A DNA stretch of 64,000 bases, from contig OZ242311.1 in the NCBI GenBank assembly GCA_965207885.1, forward strand, positions 2,688,001-2,752,000. The letters are read 5' to 3'. Source of the stretch: Candidatus Latescibacterota bacterium (GTDB taxonomy: Bacteria > Latescibacterota > UBA2968). The notes beneath the pieces were generated by a model that was not told where the DNA came from, ran no database searches, and saw nothing but the letters and a program-made list of their open reading frames with translations. Shown here piece after piece: positions 21,340 through 30,267 of the stretch (positions are counted from its first letter, which is position 1; every line of letters begins with the position of its first letter). The translations under genes and the position numbers were made by a program.

Positions 21340-22719
21340 CTATCCGTTTATGTTATTACGAGCAATTTCAAAACCACCTGCGAGCGCCCGATAAAGCGCA
21401 ATGCGGAATTCCAGCAAATCGAGTTTCGCAGAGATCAACCCTCGCCGGAGCCTCTGTTCGTTTGTCAGCGCGGTGAGCACGTCGAGATAATCGCTGATGC
21501 CATTTAAATACTCCAGCCTTAACTGATCATACGTCTGCCTCACCAGAGCGACCTGCGCTTCGAGACTCGCGATGCGTTCAACCTGTTTTTGTTCTTGAAC
21601 CAATGCATTTTCCACTTCGGCAAATGCCGTCAAAACCGTCTGTCCATAAGCCGAAAGTTGCGCGCTTTTGTTGGCTTGATTGCGCTTGATTTCTGATCCC
21701 CGTTCACCACCATCGATAACAGGTAGCAAAAGATTGCCTATCAGATTGCCCACCCAATCTTTAAACAGACCACCGCGATCATCACCCGATGCCAATGCTG
21801 CCAGGCTCAAACGCGGATACCGATTGCTGATAGCAACCGCCACATCGCGATCCGCCGCCAGCAGCAGGTTATAAGCCCTTTTGACATCTGGACGCCGCTG
21901 AATCAACTCAACAGGCAAACCCGTATCCGGCAGAGGTGGCAGATCTGGCAAGGCGTGATGCGTGTAGGCAATGCCATCCTGAGGGGCATAGCCCGACAAA
22001 ACAGCGAGTTGGTGTTCTAATACCTCGATTCTGGATTCTGTCGCGATTTGTTGTTCGCGTGTGGATTCGATCAATTGCCTTTGTCGCAAAATATCCACAC
22101 TGCGAATCTGCCCACTGCCAAAACGCGCTCGAATCAGACTCAGCACTTGCTGATTGGTCTCGATCTGATGCTCAAAAAGTTCGTGCTGACTTTGTGCTTC
22201 CATCAACTGAAAATAAGTACGCACGACCTCTGCTGAAAGCGACAATGCCGCAGTCTGATAATCCGCCTCAGTCGCCCGCATTCGATAATGCGCGGCATCC
22301 ACACCCGAACGAATCCGCCCCCACAGATCTATTTCGTATTCGGACGTGATGCCCAAACGGATCTGCGCATTATTTTCAGAATCGGGACGTTGAACCTCAC
22401 CGCGCCCGGATACTTCCAGCGTTGGAAACCGACCAGCCCCTTCGCGATCCACAACAGCCTGTGCACTTCGCAACCGATGCCACGCCGTCTCCAAATTGAA
22501 ATTGGACTGCAATGCGCGATCGATCAGGCTGTCCATACGCGTATCTCCAAAAGCGGTCCACCACCGTTCAGAAGGCGCATGTGAGACATGACTGGAAAAA
22601 GCTGTGGGAGGTTCAAAAGGAAGGGTAAGATTTGCAGACCTGGGCGAACACCCAAAAACAAACACGGGCCAGATCAAAAGAAACAAGCGAACATATAGCA
22701 TGTGTAAGATAATTTCCAA
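21340..22719 (-). CDS. Outer membrane efflux lipoprotein (TolC/NodT family)
   Basis: Lipobox-like VFGC, YEIDLWG, RRPDV, LYRALAGG. Confidence 0.9.
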   Translation of the reverse strand: MEIILHMLYVRLFLLIWPVFVFGCSPRSANLTLPFEPPTAFSSHVSHAPSERWWTAFGDTRMDSLIDRALQSNFNLETAWHRLRSAQAVVDREGAGRFPTLEVSGRGEVQRPDSENNAQIRLGITSEYEIDLWGRIRSGVDAAHYRMRATEADYQTAALSLSAEVVRTYFQLMEAQSQHELFEHQIETNQQVLSLIRARFGSGQIRSVDILRQRQLIESTREQQIATESRIEVLEHQLAVLSGYAPQDGIAYTHHALPDLPPLPDTGLPVELIQRRPDVKRAYNLLLAADRDVAVAISNRYPRLSLAALASGDDRGGLFKDWVGNLIGNLLLPVIDGGERGSEIKRNQANKSAQLSAYGQTVLTAFAEVENALVQEQKQVERIASLEAQVALVRQTYDQLRLEYLNGISDYLDVLTALTNEQRLRRGLISAKLDLLEFRIALYRALAGGFEIARNNING

Positions 22720-22762
22720 ATGGCCACAAACATCCGTTTCAATACAAAAAGACAGCCTGTAA

Positions 22763-22807
22763 TGTAAACCGTTACAATATAATAACCAAATAGGATTATG
22801 GGATCAA
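22763..22807 (-). promoter_or_regulatory. Sigma70 promoter with a LacI-type operator upstream of the RND operon
   Basis: TTGATC-17-TATTAT (22779-22807) and near-palindrome tgtaaaccgttaca (22763-22776) just downstream of the -10 box. Confidence 0.55.
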
Positions 22808-22830
22808 GTAACCACTTACTTATTTGCCAA

Positions 22831-22902
22831 TTATTTTCCAGGCGGGCAGATCGGGTCTATCTTGTCCGCTTTATCGAGCTCGCCGTCGGCAACATTCTGT
22901 TT
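22831..22902 (-). pseudogene. 3'-end remnant of an aldo/keto reductase allele
   Basis: Reads KQNVADGELDKADKIDPICPPGK* versus KQNAAAADGELDKATLDKIDTICPSGKSA* at the end of 37031..37969. Confidence 0.85.
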
Positions 22903-22911
22903 GGAGCGGCC

Positions 22912-24000
22912 TTACCTGGCCAGGCCTTGCTCGACCTTCTGCTCAAAATCGCGCATCTGATCCGCCCCATCTAACACGCCGATTTCCATGTTGCACTCGC
23001 GCACTTCGCCCGGTTCAATGTATTGCAAGGTTCCGTGCTTGCGGTTCCAGGCGCGACCGAGTACCGAGCAGTTGCCCGGCTCAATGCCGGTGACGTAGGT
23101 GCCCTTGTGAAAGTGCTGCCATTGGTTGACGATGGGGATCTCGCTGTGCTTGAACTGCCAATACAATCCCAGGCCGAGCTTTTCGTTGAGCAGGCCGATG
23201 TGGACGCGTCCCCGGCGGTCGGTGTAGGGCCGATGCACATACACATCGTCGTGGGCGCGCGGTTGCGGCCCTTTGGCCACGGTGTAGTCCTCGGGGCCGA
23301 CGGGGCGGTCCTCGGTCCACTCGGTGCTCTCGCGGCTGTGGAGGACGAGGCGCGCTCCTTCGTCGAGGAGGGGAAAGCCGGGGTTGCAGTGATACACGAA
23401 CATGAGGGGCGAACGGTCAACGGCGAGGTTTTCGATGCGGTCGCGGATGTGGATGCTCCGCTCGCCGAGCACGGTCGAAATCTCGCGCGATAGTTCTAAA
23501 TTCTCGGCAAAGACCTCGGCCTGGCGCATTTGGCCGCGGATGCGCACGACGTAATCCGAGCCCTCCCAGCCCGCCTCAATGCCGACGTTCTTCGCCGGTA
23601 TGTACGAGAGGCGGCCGTGCAGTGGCATCTCGGCGTTTTCTTCTTCGGGATCGACTTCTGGGTGGCCGACAAAGTCGAGGCCGCAAGAGGTTACCAGCCC
23701 GCCGAACCAGCCGCGCCCCCATTTGAAGCCCTCTGGCTCGTAGAAGGCTGGCCCGACGTCTCCGGGTCCGGAGCGGAAGCACAGCGACTGGCCCTTGTAG
23801 TGGGCAGAGGCAATGTCGAGGGCGCGGCCGGGCAAGACAGAAAACCCCAGGCCCGAAGCGTTGAATACGTCGATGAGGTCGGCGCCGCGCTCGAATCCTT
23901 CGCTGCGCTCGGCGCGGCGGGCGTACATGAGTTGGCTGATGTCGCCGACGCGGTTGAGCAATTGGCGGCGAGTGAAGTTGCGGCCAAAGAGCCTGGGCAT
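22912..24000 (-). CDS. Aldose 1-epimerase-like protein (DUF4432)
   Basis: GRALDI, GGLVTSCG, PLHG, YHCNPG, GIEPGN. Confidence 0.8.
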   Translation of the reverse strand: MPRLFGRNFTRRQLLNRVGDISQLMYARRAERSEGFERGADLIDVFNASGLGFSVLPGRALDIASAHYKGQSLCFRSGPGDVGPAFYEPEGFKWGRGWFGGLVTSCGLDFVGHPEVDPEEENAEMPLHGRLSYIPAKNVGIEAGWEGSDYVVRIRGQMRQAEVFAENLELSREISTVLGERSIHIRDRIENLAVDRSPLMFVYHCNPGFPLLDEGARLVLHSRESTEWTEDRPVGPEDYTVAKGPQPRAHDDVYVHRPYTDRRGRVHIGLLNEKLGLGLYWQFKHSEIPIVNQWQHFHKGTYVTGIEPGNCSVLGRAWNRKHGTLQYIEPGEVRECNMEIGVLDGADQMRDFEQKVEQGLAR

Positions 24001-24033
24001 GGGGGACCTCCTGTAGCAAATGCTAATCGGTTG

Positions 24034-24840
24034 TTAATGATCAAGGATATGAAATTCGACCTGAACCGGTTTATGGTCGGATGGATAAACACCGTCAATA
24101 TTGTAGTCCACGACCTCATACGAGCGGACCTCAACGTCCCCTCTGAACAAAATCCAGTCGATTCCGTTGCCGCCTTCTATACTGTCTTTCAGTACGCCAT
24201 CCCCGACAAATGTTCTATAGACATCGCTCCCCGGTCTTGCGTTGAAATCTGCCAACAGAAATACAGGGCGGGGCCTGGTCCACTCACCAAACCGGTCGAG
24301 CGCACGGATCCGATCGACGATTAGTCTTGCACTATTCAGTCTTGCCAGAGCCATGCCCTCGCCTGGGGCCAGATGCGTGTTGAAGACATAAAACTCCTGA
24401 GTATTCTCCCAGTGCCCCTTGTAGTCCATTGGATAGGGACTCGTTTCTCTATCTGCCGGTCTGTTGATGATCGCGAGGCGGGCCCATGTGACCATACGAG
24501 GATTGATGTCAGGGCCGCTACCGATGACTTCCGGCGTTTCCGATAGCTGAAAACTGCCCATTTCCCTGAGTCGGAATCTATCGCGCTTGAAGAAGATGGC
24601 CATATGCTCGTCATCATCCCCCCCTTTTCGGCCTTCTCCGATGACCACGTATTCGGGCAAATGATCCATCAGATAGTCGATCTGCTCCTTCAAGCCCTCC
24701 TGGGTACCAATGATGTCGGGATTGTGTTTGCGAATCAGTGCCACTTGCATATCGCGCCGCACTTCCCAGGGCGGCTCAAACGTGGGACTGGCATATTTCA
24801 GGTTGTAAGTCATAAACTTGATCGTCTTCTCGTCGGCCAT
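24034..24840 (-). CDS. Endonuclease/exonuclease/phosphatase family protein
   Basis: MTYN, IGTQE, NTH, DFN, IDWI, SDH. Confidence 0.85.
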   Translation of the reverse strand: MADEKTIKFMTYNLKYASPTFEPPWEVRRDMQVALIRKHNPDIIGTQEGLKEQIDYLMDHLPEYVVIGEGRKGGDDDEHMAIFFKRDRFRLREMGSFQLSETPEVIGSGPDINPRMVTWARLAIINRPADRETSPYPMDYKGHWENTQEFYVFNTHLAPGEGMALARLNSARLIVDRIRALDRFGEWTRPRPVFLLADFNARPGSDVYRTFVGDGVLKDSIEGGNGIDWILFRGDVEVRSYEVVDYNIDGVYPSDHKPVQVEFHILDH

Positions 24841-24853
24841 CGGATCTCCTCAT

Positions 24854-26959
24854 TCAATTTTCGATCAGCACGGTGTCCATCGCCGGAACATCGATCGATC
24901 GGCCCGCCAGTTCCACGGATACGGGCACTGTTGTGAAGTTTGCAACGGCGATCATATCGCTGGTGCGGGACCGGAAGCGATAGGCTCTGACCCCGTCCTG
25001 AGTTGTTTGCAGTCTCTCCACGCCATGGCCTATGCGGCGCGTTCCAGCACGACCCTGGCGTATGACACACGCGTAGTCTCGGGTGGTTCCACTGCTTGCT
25101 CCGGGACGCAGGAATACGCGATCCTGTAGTAGATTCCTCCACCGCTCGGGTGTATTTCTCTCTGAGGCATCTTCATACAGAAGCTGCTCGCCACACGTCT
25201 CGATCCCCAAACATCCCGCGATCTTGATCCAGGTCGAACCGGTTTCAATCACCCGTGCACGTCCGCCGACGCCTCGTATGGTGCGACGACCGCCTTCGAA
25301 GGAGATCGGGACCCGGTTGCCGTTCAGGAAATCGTTCATGATATAGACGCCAAATCCCTCGTTGAGCGAGAGCGCGACATCCGCGACGGTCCAGTCTATT
25401 ACGAGCGAGGTTTCTCCGTCTTCGAGCGCGACGACTGCGATCGATTGTCGAATGCGGCCGTCCGCGTACTCGATTGCGCCCGTGGTTGTGAAGCCTTTCT
25501 CCGATGTGTGATCGGTGTGGAAGAGCGGCGTGGGATTCAGGCGCTCGCCGTTGATTTCGAAACGTCCGATAAAGGCGTCCTGGTCCGACCCCAGCGTGTC
25601 CTCTCCGCCAGCCGGCACGACCATCCCCATCACGCTGTGTGCGAGGGATCGCCAGGCGAATGAGAAGAGGCCCTGCTTGCTGCGGCGAACCTGTAGCCAG
25701 ACATAGGGATAGGTCTCAGTTCCGACCTGCTCACGTCTGAATTCCTCGACGGATATCGGCGAGACATCGGGTACGCCGGCAATCACGAGCACGCCCAGTT
25801 GCCCCATGATGCCCGTTTCGAACTGAAAGTAGCGACCACCAGCCGCGTGTGGCATTCGGGCGTTGAATCGGCCGTCTTCTGCGTCCCGCATCGACTCGTC
25901 CAGATACACGAGGTTCTGCCACAGCATATGACCTGCAAATCGGTCGCCGAATTCCTCGAACATGACGGCGTGCTGGTAGTTGATGTCGGATTCGTGGTAG
26001 GTCCAGTCCTGACCGGATGGGTAGGCCGTAAATCCGTTGTAGAGGAAGAATCGCCTCAGCACCTTCCAGGCATCGTGGACGCGGTGCAGGTAGTGGGGGG
26101 GAGGTGTCTTGCCCGTCAGTGTGAAGGCGAGGCGCCCCATCATCAGGAGGACGCCACAGGCGAGGTACCCCGGATGGAAGGAGCCGTGGTTTTCCACGGT
26201 GAGGTCGGGGTGGGACGTTTGCGTGCAGATCCAGTCTTTCAGCGGCCTACCGTCGAAGAGTCGCGTATCGACCCGATCGAGGTCGGTGGTAAAGGTGTTG
26301 ATGGCGAATAGCTTGCCCCGGTAGAGCCATTCGTCCGCGTGGGAATGGTCGGGTAGGAGGCAATGCGCCCAGGCGAGAAGATAGCTGTCCCAAGCGTTTT
26401 CCTCCTCCTTCGTGTCGTGCCAGCGTCCGTCCGGGGGATCGACGCCGAGAAATCGGTCCGCTTCAAAGGCGAGTACGCGATGGACGGCTTCGAGCACGTC
26501 CGGCTCCAGTTCGTCCGCAACGTGGTTGGCTGCCATTGCGATGTCCGCGATCCAGAGGGACGATTCCCAGTCGTCGCCCCACTGACCATTCCATTCGAGC
26601 GGTTCTGTCCGTCGCGATCCGCTCAGGTGATGCGCGCAGATCCAGCGGAGACATCGGTTTAATCGGTCGAGCAGGACGGGTTTCTCGATTCCGGCGACCG
26701 ACGGATCGAAGAACGCGCTTTGATGGAGGGCTGCGTAGCCTCGAAGTTCATCGCCCAGGGATCGGATGATCATTTCGTTGATCGGCCCGCCCGGGGGTTG
26801 AAATTCGTTCACATCGAGGGAGCCGAAGTAGCCGTGTCCCTCGTCTTCATCGACCCAGTACTGCTCGATGTAGGGCACATGCCGACACATCAGGTGAACG
26901 AGGTCGGCCTCGGACGGAAAAGTCGGTGCGCTCGTGTCGAGTGGGGGGTAGTCGATCAT
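24854..26959 (-). CDS. Uncharacterised protein, polysaccharide lyase-like architecture (helical toroid plus beta-sandwich)
   Basis: 701-aa ORF; DTKEEENAW, ENHGSFHPGY and YPSGQDW motifs; fold assignment is inference. Confidence 0.45.
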   Translation of the reverse strand: MIDYPPLDTSAPTFPSEADLVHLMCRHVPYIEQYWVDEDEGHGYFGSLDVNEFQPPGGPINEMIIRSLGDELRGYAALHQSAFFDPSVAGIEKPVLLDRLNRCLRWICAHHLSGSRRTEPLEWNGQWGDDWESSLWIADIAMAANHVADELEPDVLEAVHRVLAFEADRFLGVDPPDGRWHDTKEEENAWDSYLLAWAHCLLPDHSHADEWLYRGKLFAINTFTTDLDRVDTRLFDGRPLKDWICTQTSHPDLTVENHGSFHPGYLACGVLLMMGRLAFTLTGKTPPPHYLHRVHDAWKVLRRFFLYNGFTAYPSGQDWTYHESDINYQHAVMFEEFGDRFAGHMLWQNLVYLDESMRDAEDGRFNARMPHAAGGRYFQFETGIMGQLGVLVIAGVPDVSPISVEEFRREQVGTETYPYVWLQVRRSKQGLFSFAWRSLAHSVMGMVVPAGGEDTLGSDQDAFIGRFEINGERLNPTPLFHTDHTSEKGFTTTGAIEYADGRIRQSIAVVALEDGETSLVIDWTVADVALSLNEGFGVYIMNDFLNGNRVPISFEGGRRTIRGVGGRARVIETGSTWIKIAGCLGIETCGEQLLYEDASERNTPERWRNLLQDRVFLRPGASSGTTRDYACVIRQGRAGTRRIGHGVERLQTTQDGVRAYRFRSRTSDMIAVANFTTVPVSVELAGRSIDVPAMDTVLIEN

Positions 26960-27195
26960 GTGGACGCTCCCAACTCTACGGTTTCGTGTGGTTCGTCGCA
27001 GCGGAAAACGACGAGTTTGCCGCTGTCGATGCGGTTTTTCACATCTCGCACGAATTCGCGGGCGAGGTTGGTATCGTAGAGTACCAGGGCGCCCGGTGAC
27101 TGTGTGTGGGTTTGGAGTCGCTCCGATTTTTCGCTCCAGGTCGATTGAAGCGCGTCGGATGCATCTCCCTCAGCGATAAGAATGACGTATGCCAT
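26956..27195 (-). CDS. Small hypothetical protein
   Basis: 79-aa ORF filling the gap, with an ATGA overlap into the next gene. Confidence 0.45.
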   Translation of the reverse strand: MAYVILIAEGDASDALQSTWSEKSERLQTHTQSPGALVLYDTNLAREFVRDVKNRIDSGKLVVFRCDEPHETVELGAST

Positions 27196-27228
27196 GTGAT
27201 CTTTCTTTATTGTGTCCTCATAGAAGCG

Positions 27229-28071
27229 TCAGGTGAGGTAGTGCGAGGGTGTCCTGAATTCGTGGGATTTCTCGTATTCGCTCGAGGGATTCGCATTCCG
27301 AACCTCCTCGGGTACGTCACCGTCCCACCAACTGGGCGGATTGGGAAAGGAAAAGACGTCGTGCCAGGCAAGGAGCAGCGTTCGGCGTTCAGCCGTCTGG
27401 TTGGGCCACGCGCCGTGGAGGACACGCGCATCTGCGATGACCAGATCTCCGGCGTTTAAGGGGATGTCTATCGCCTCGGGGTAGTCTGCAAACGCGGGAT
27501 GCGTCAGGTCGTCGATTGCCTGGATCTCCGATCCGTGAGCTTTGGGCAGGATGTCGTGCAGTTCGTGGCGTTTCCGATGGCTGCCGGGGATCATGCGCAG
27601 GCATCCATTCTCGCGCGTGGTGTCCGTCAGGTAGTAGGACAAGAAGATGCGTATCGGCCAGGGCGTCGCAGCCTCGGGGCTCTGCCATTTCATGAAGTCC
27701 TGATGCCAGTAGAGGGGCGGACCGTATCCGGGCTTGGACAGGATGATCACGGTGTCGTCCGATACGAGATTCTCGAGCCCAATTTGTCGGCAGGCTTCGA
27801 GTTGTGCAGGCTGATCGATGATCTCCGCGGCGATCGGATCGGGAAACCGATTCTCGGCTGTCGGCGTTCCCTCACGCCATCGGCGTTCCGTGTTGACGAA
27901 GATATCGCTGCCCTGGTACCGGATTTTGTGGGGAACTGTCACGCGTTCGAAGATGCGGTCGGACCATGTCCTGAGCCTGTGCAGCAGATCCGTATCCATC
28001 ACACCAGGTACGATGGTGTAGCCCGACTCGACCAACTCCTGCCGCTTTGTCAGCGCCTGCTCATTCGTCAT
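27229..28071 (-). CDS. PhyH family dioxygenase
   Basis: YWHQD, NGCLRMIPGSH, GDLV, LHGA. Confidence 0.85.
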   Translation of the reverse strand: MTNEQALTKRQELVESGYTIVPGVMDTDLLHRLRTWSDRIFERVTVPHKIRYQGSDIFVNTERRWREGTPTAENRFPDPIAAEIIDQPAQLEACRQIGLENLVSDDTVIILSKPGYGPPLYWHQDFMKWQSPEAATPWPIRIFLSYYLTDTTRENGCLRMIPGSHRKRHELHDILPKAHGSEIQAIDDLTHPAFADYPEAIDIPLNAGDLVIADARVLHGAWPNQTAERRTLLLAWHDVFSFPNPPSWWDGDVPEEVRNANPSSEYEKSHEFRTPSHYLT

Positions 28072-28251
28072 GTCTCAATCCTTTCGGTTATCAGGGATAT
28101 TATACCTAATTATGCGAGCTTTTGTTCAAAAAATATGTCGGTTGCACGATGGATCAAAAACATGGCAGCAGGCTCGTCAAAAGTCAGTTGGTAGTCAACG
28201 CCATCGAGCGTATCTTCAATGAGCCGTCTTCAGCCATTGAGGAGGTCAACT

Positions 28252-30105
28252 ATGGTCGCGGATACAGAACTCCGCAAACAGCACCAGCGTGATGCGATCC
28301 TTCGAGATCGTATGCGGAAGGCATTTGACATGGCGTACGACACGGATGCTGCGCTCATCGTCCGCTGGAATCCGTTCTTTCCCCGTTTCAACGGCCACAC
28401 CGTCGCCCAGCAATCCCTGGACTACGCCATCCTCTTGCTTCTGTCCGACGACCGCACCTACGGGACGGACGATGCCGGTGAGGCCAACCGAATCATTCGC
28501 CGAATCCTGGACCACCAGGACCTGCGACCGAAGTCCGAAACCTTCGGCAATTTCTTCTGGATGACCCACTGGGACCGGGTTAAAGACAAGAACGCCGTTT
28601 CCTTCCTCACGATCGGCCTGGTCTTCACGTACGTCAACTTCCAGGACAAGCTGGAGGATGACACGAAGGCTGCGCTCGAGCGCGCCTTTCCAAACGTGTT
28701 GCTCGGCATCCGTGACCACAAAGTCCGATGGCAGTACACCAACATCTACTTTCTCAACCTCGGCGGCCTGGTCAGTCTTGCCCGTGTGCTGGACGATCCA
28801 TCGATCCACGCCGAAGCGGTGGCCGACTTCAACACCTGGGTCGAAGGCACTTCGGAGGACGGCTTCCATGAATTCAACAGCCCGACGTACACACCCGTCA
28901 CGCTTTCAGGTATGGAAGCGGCGTGGGCTTACACGCCAGATGGCGAGTTCAAAGACAGGCTGCGGCGCACCATGGATTTGATCACCTATCAGATGGCGCT
29001 CAACCTGATGCCCGGTGGATTTCTGGCGGGTGCTGCCGCAAGGGCTTACCAGGGAGATGTGCTGAACGGTTCAATCGGGGCTGCTTCGTATGCCCACGTT
29101 AAATTTGGCACCCCTGCTCCGGCCGAGCTTGCGGTCCTGATGCCGAGCCTGTTCGACTACGTACCGCCGGAACCTGTTCGGTCCCTGGCGAACGAGATGG
29201 CGGACGGAGCCGAAATACTCGATCGGGGAATCTCGCTGGGTAGTCGTCGGACCCACGTCATTACGCAGGCTTACGGGCTGGCATCTCAGAGTTTACAATC
29301 TGTGGGCGGCCACTCGCCTCCGTCGTATATCCTGCTGGTCCGGAACAGCAAGGCCCTGCGACCCAGTGTCCCGTTCCTTCCGGACGAATCCTTTACGCAT
29401 CAGCCGTGCGCCACATTTCTGTCGCGTCAGAACGGCAGTCAGGTGGTCGGCAGACTGTACTACGATCTGCAGGAGGAGCAGCGAAGCAAGTTTCTGGACG
29501 ATCCTGCGTTCTTTTGTGAACCTCGCGTCCTGTTTGGACTGAGGGACCAGATCGAGTCCGTTCGCATTGGCAATGTGGATTGGGGCGGAAAACCCGTGAG
29601 CCTTTTGCCAGGGCAATCCGTGGCTGTTTCCTATGGAGATATCTACCTGGGTGTTGTCGTCCTGCTGCTAGACTGTGACGGTCAAGCGATTCGTAGCCGC
29701 GCGACGCTGGCCTATGGCGAAGACGGTGAACTGCGCTTGCGAGTCAGACTCCACGGGGGAGAGGATGTGCAGCAGGAAGATAACCCGCTCGTCGCTCTGC
29801 TCTACGTCGAAGTTCAGGTTCCCGAGGAGAGCGATTCGCTCGAGACATTTGCCGACCAGTTGTCGGGCTGGCAGCTTTCCGATCAGAGCGACGGAGAGAC
29901 GGTCTCCTTCTTGGCCGAGCACGAAGATGGCGCAACCATCGCCTATCCCTACACAGAGGCGGATCCGGATCCGATGGGCGATGCTCTGCACCTATCGCCC
30001 GGGCTTGCGCTCCAGCCGGGAGACTTTGTCAAGCTGGTGAACGGGGAGAAGCCTTTGCTCTTCGGCTCTGCACAGCAAAACCGGCTTCTTCGAGAAGGTG
30101 TATAA
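28252..30105 (+). CDS. Uncharacterised helical-toroid protein (heparinase/lyase-like), inverted relative to the array
   Basis: RBS gaggagg before ATG 28252; YTNI and EFNSPTY motifs; its C-terminus runs into an antisense gene remnant. Confidence 0.55.
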   Translation: MVADTELRKQHQRDAILRDRMRKAFDMAYDTDAALIVRWNPFFPRFNGHTVAQQSLDYAILLLLSDDRTYGTDDAGEANRIIRRILDHQDLRPKSETFGNFFWMTHWDRVKDKNAVSFLTIGLVFTYVNFQDKLEDDTKAALERAFPNVLLGIRDHKVRWQYTNIYFLNLGGLVSLARVLDDPSIHAEAVADFNTWVEGTSEDGFHEFNSPTYTPVTLSGMEAAWAYTPDGEFKDRLRRTMDLITYQMALNLMPGGFLAGAAARAYQGDVLNGSIGAASYAHVKFGTPAPAELAVLMPSLFDYVPPEPVRSLANEMADGAEILDRGISLGSRRTHVITQAYGLASQSLQSVGGHSPPSYILLVRNSKALRPSVPFLPDESFTHQPCATFLSRQNGSQVVGRLYYDLQEEQRSKFLDDPAFFCEPRVLFGLRDQIESVRIGNVDWGGKPVSLLPGQSVAVSYGDIYLGVVVLLLDCDGQAIRSRATLAYGEDGELRLRVRLHGGEDVQQEDNPLVALLYVEVQVPEESDSLETFADQLSGWQLSDQSDGETVSFLAEHEDGATIAYPYTEADPDPMGDALHLSPGLALQPGDFVKLVNGEKPLLFGSAQQNRLLREGV

Positions 30106-30137
30106 TTCGGTTGGCAGCTTTAATGTAGTTCTCTCGG
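30066..30137 (-). pseudogene. 3'-end remnant of a TIM-barrel isomerase allele
   Basis: 70/72 nt identical to 32022-32093; both differences are synonymous. Confidence 0.9.
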
Positions 30138-30267
30138 GTGAACTGGAAAGCGGTGAGACCTCTCCTTGCGCTCCGTACGCGCCAGTCGCAACGCCGAAAT
30201 GTCTGGAATAATCATTCTGAGTTGTGGTATTTTTTTGTTGGTCAGAATGATCTCCTTCCTCCTTGAT

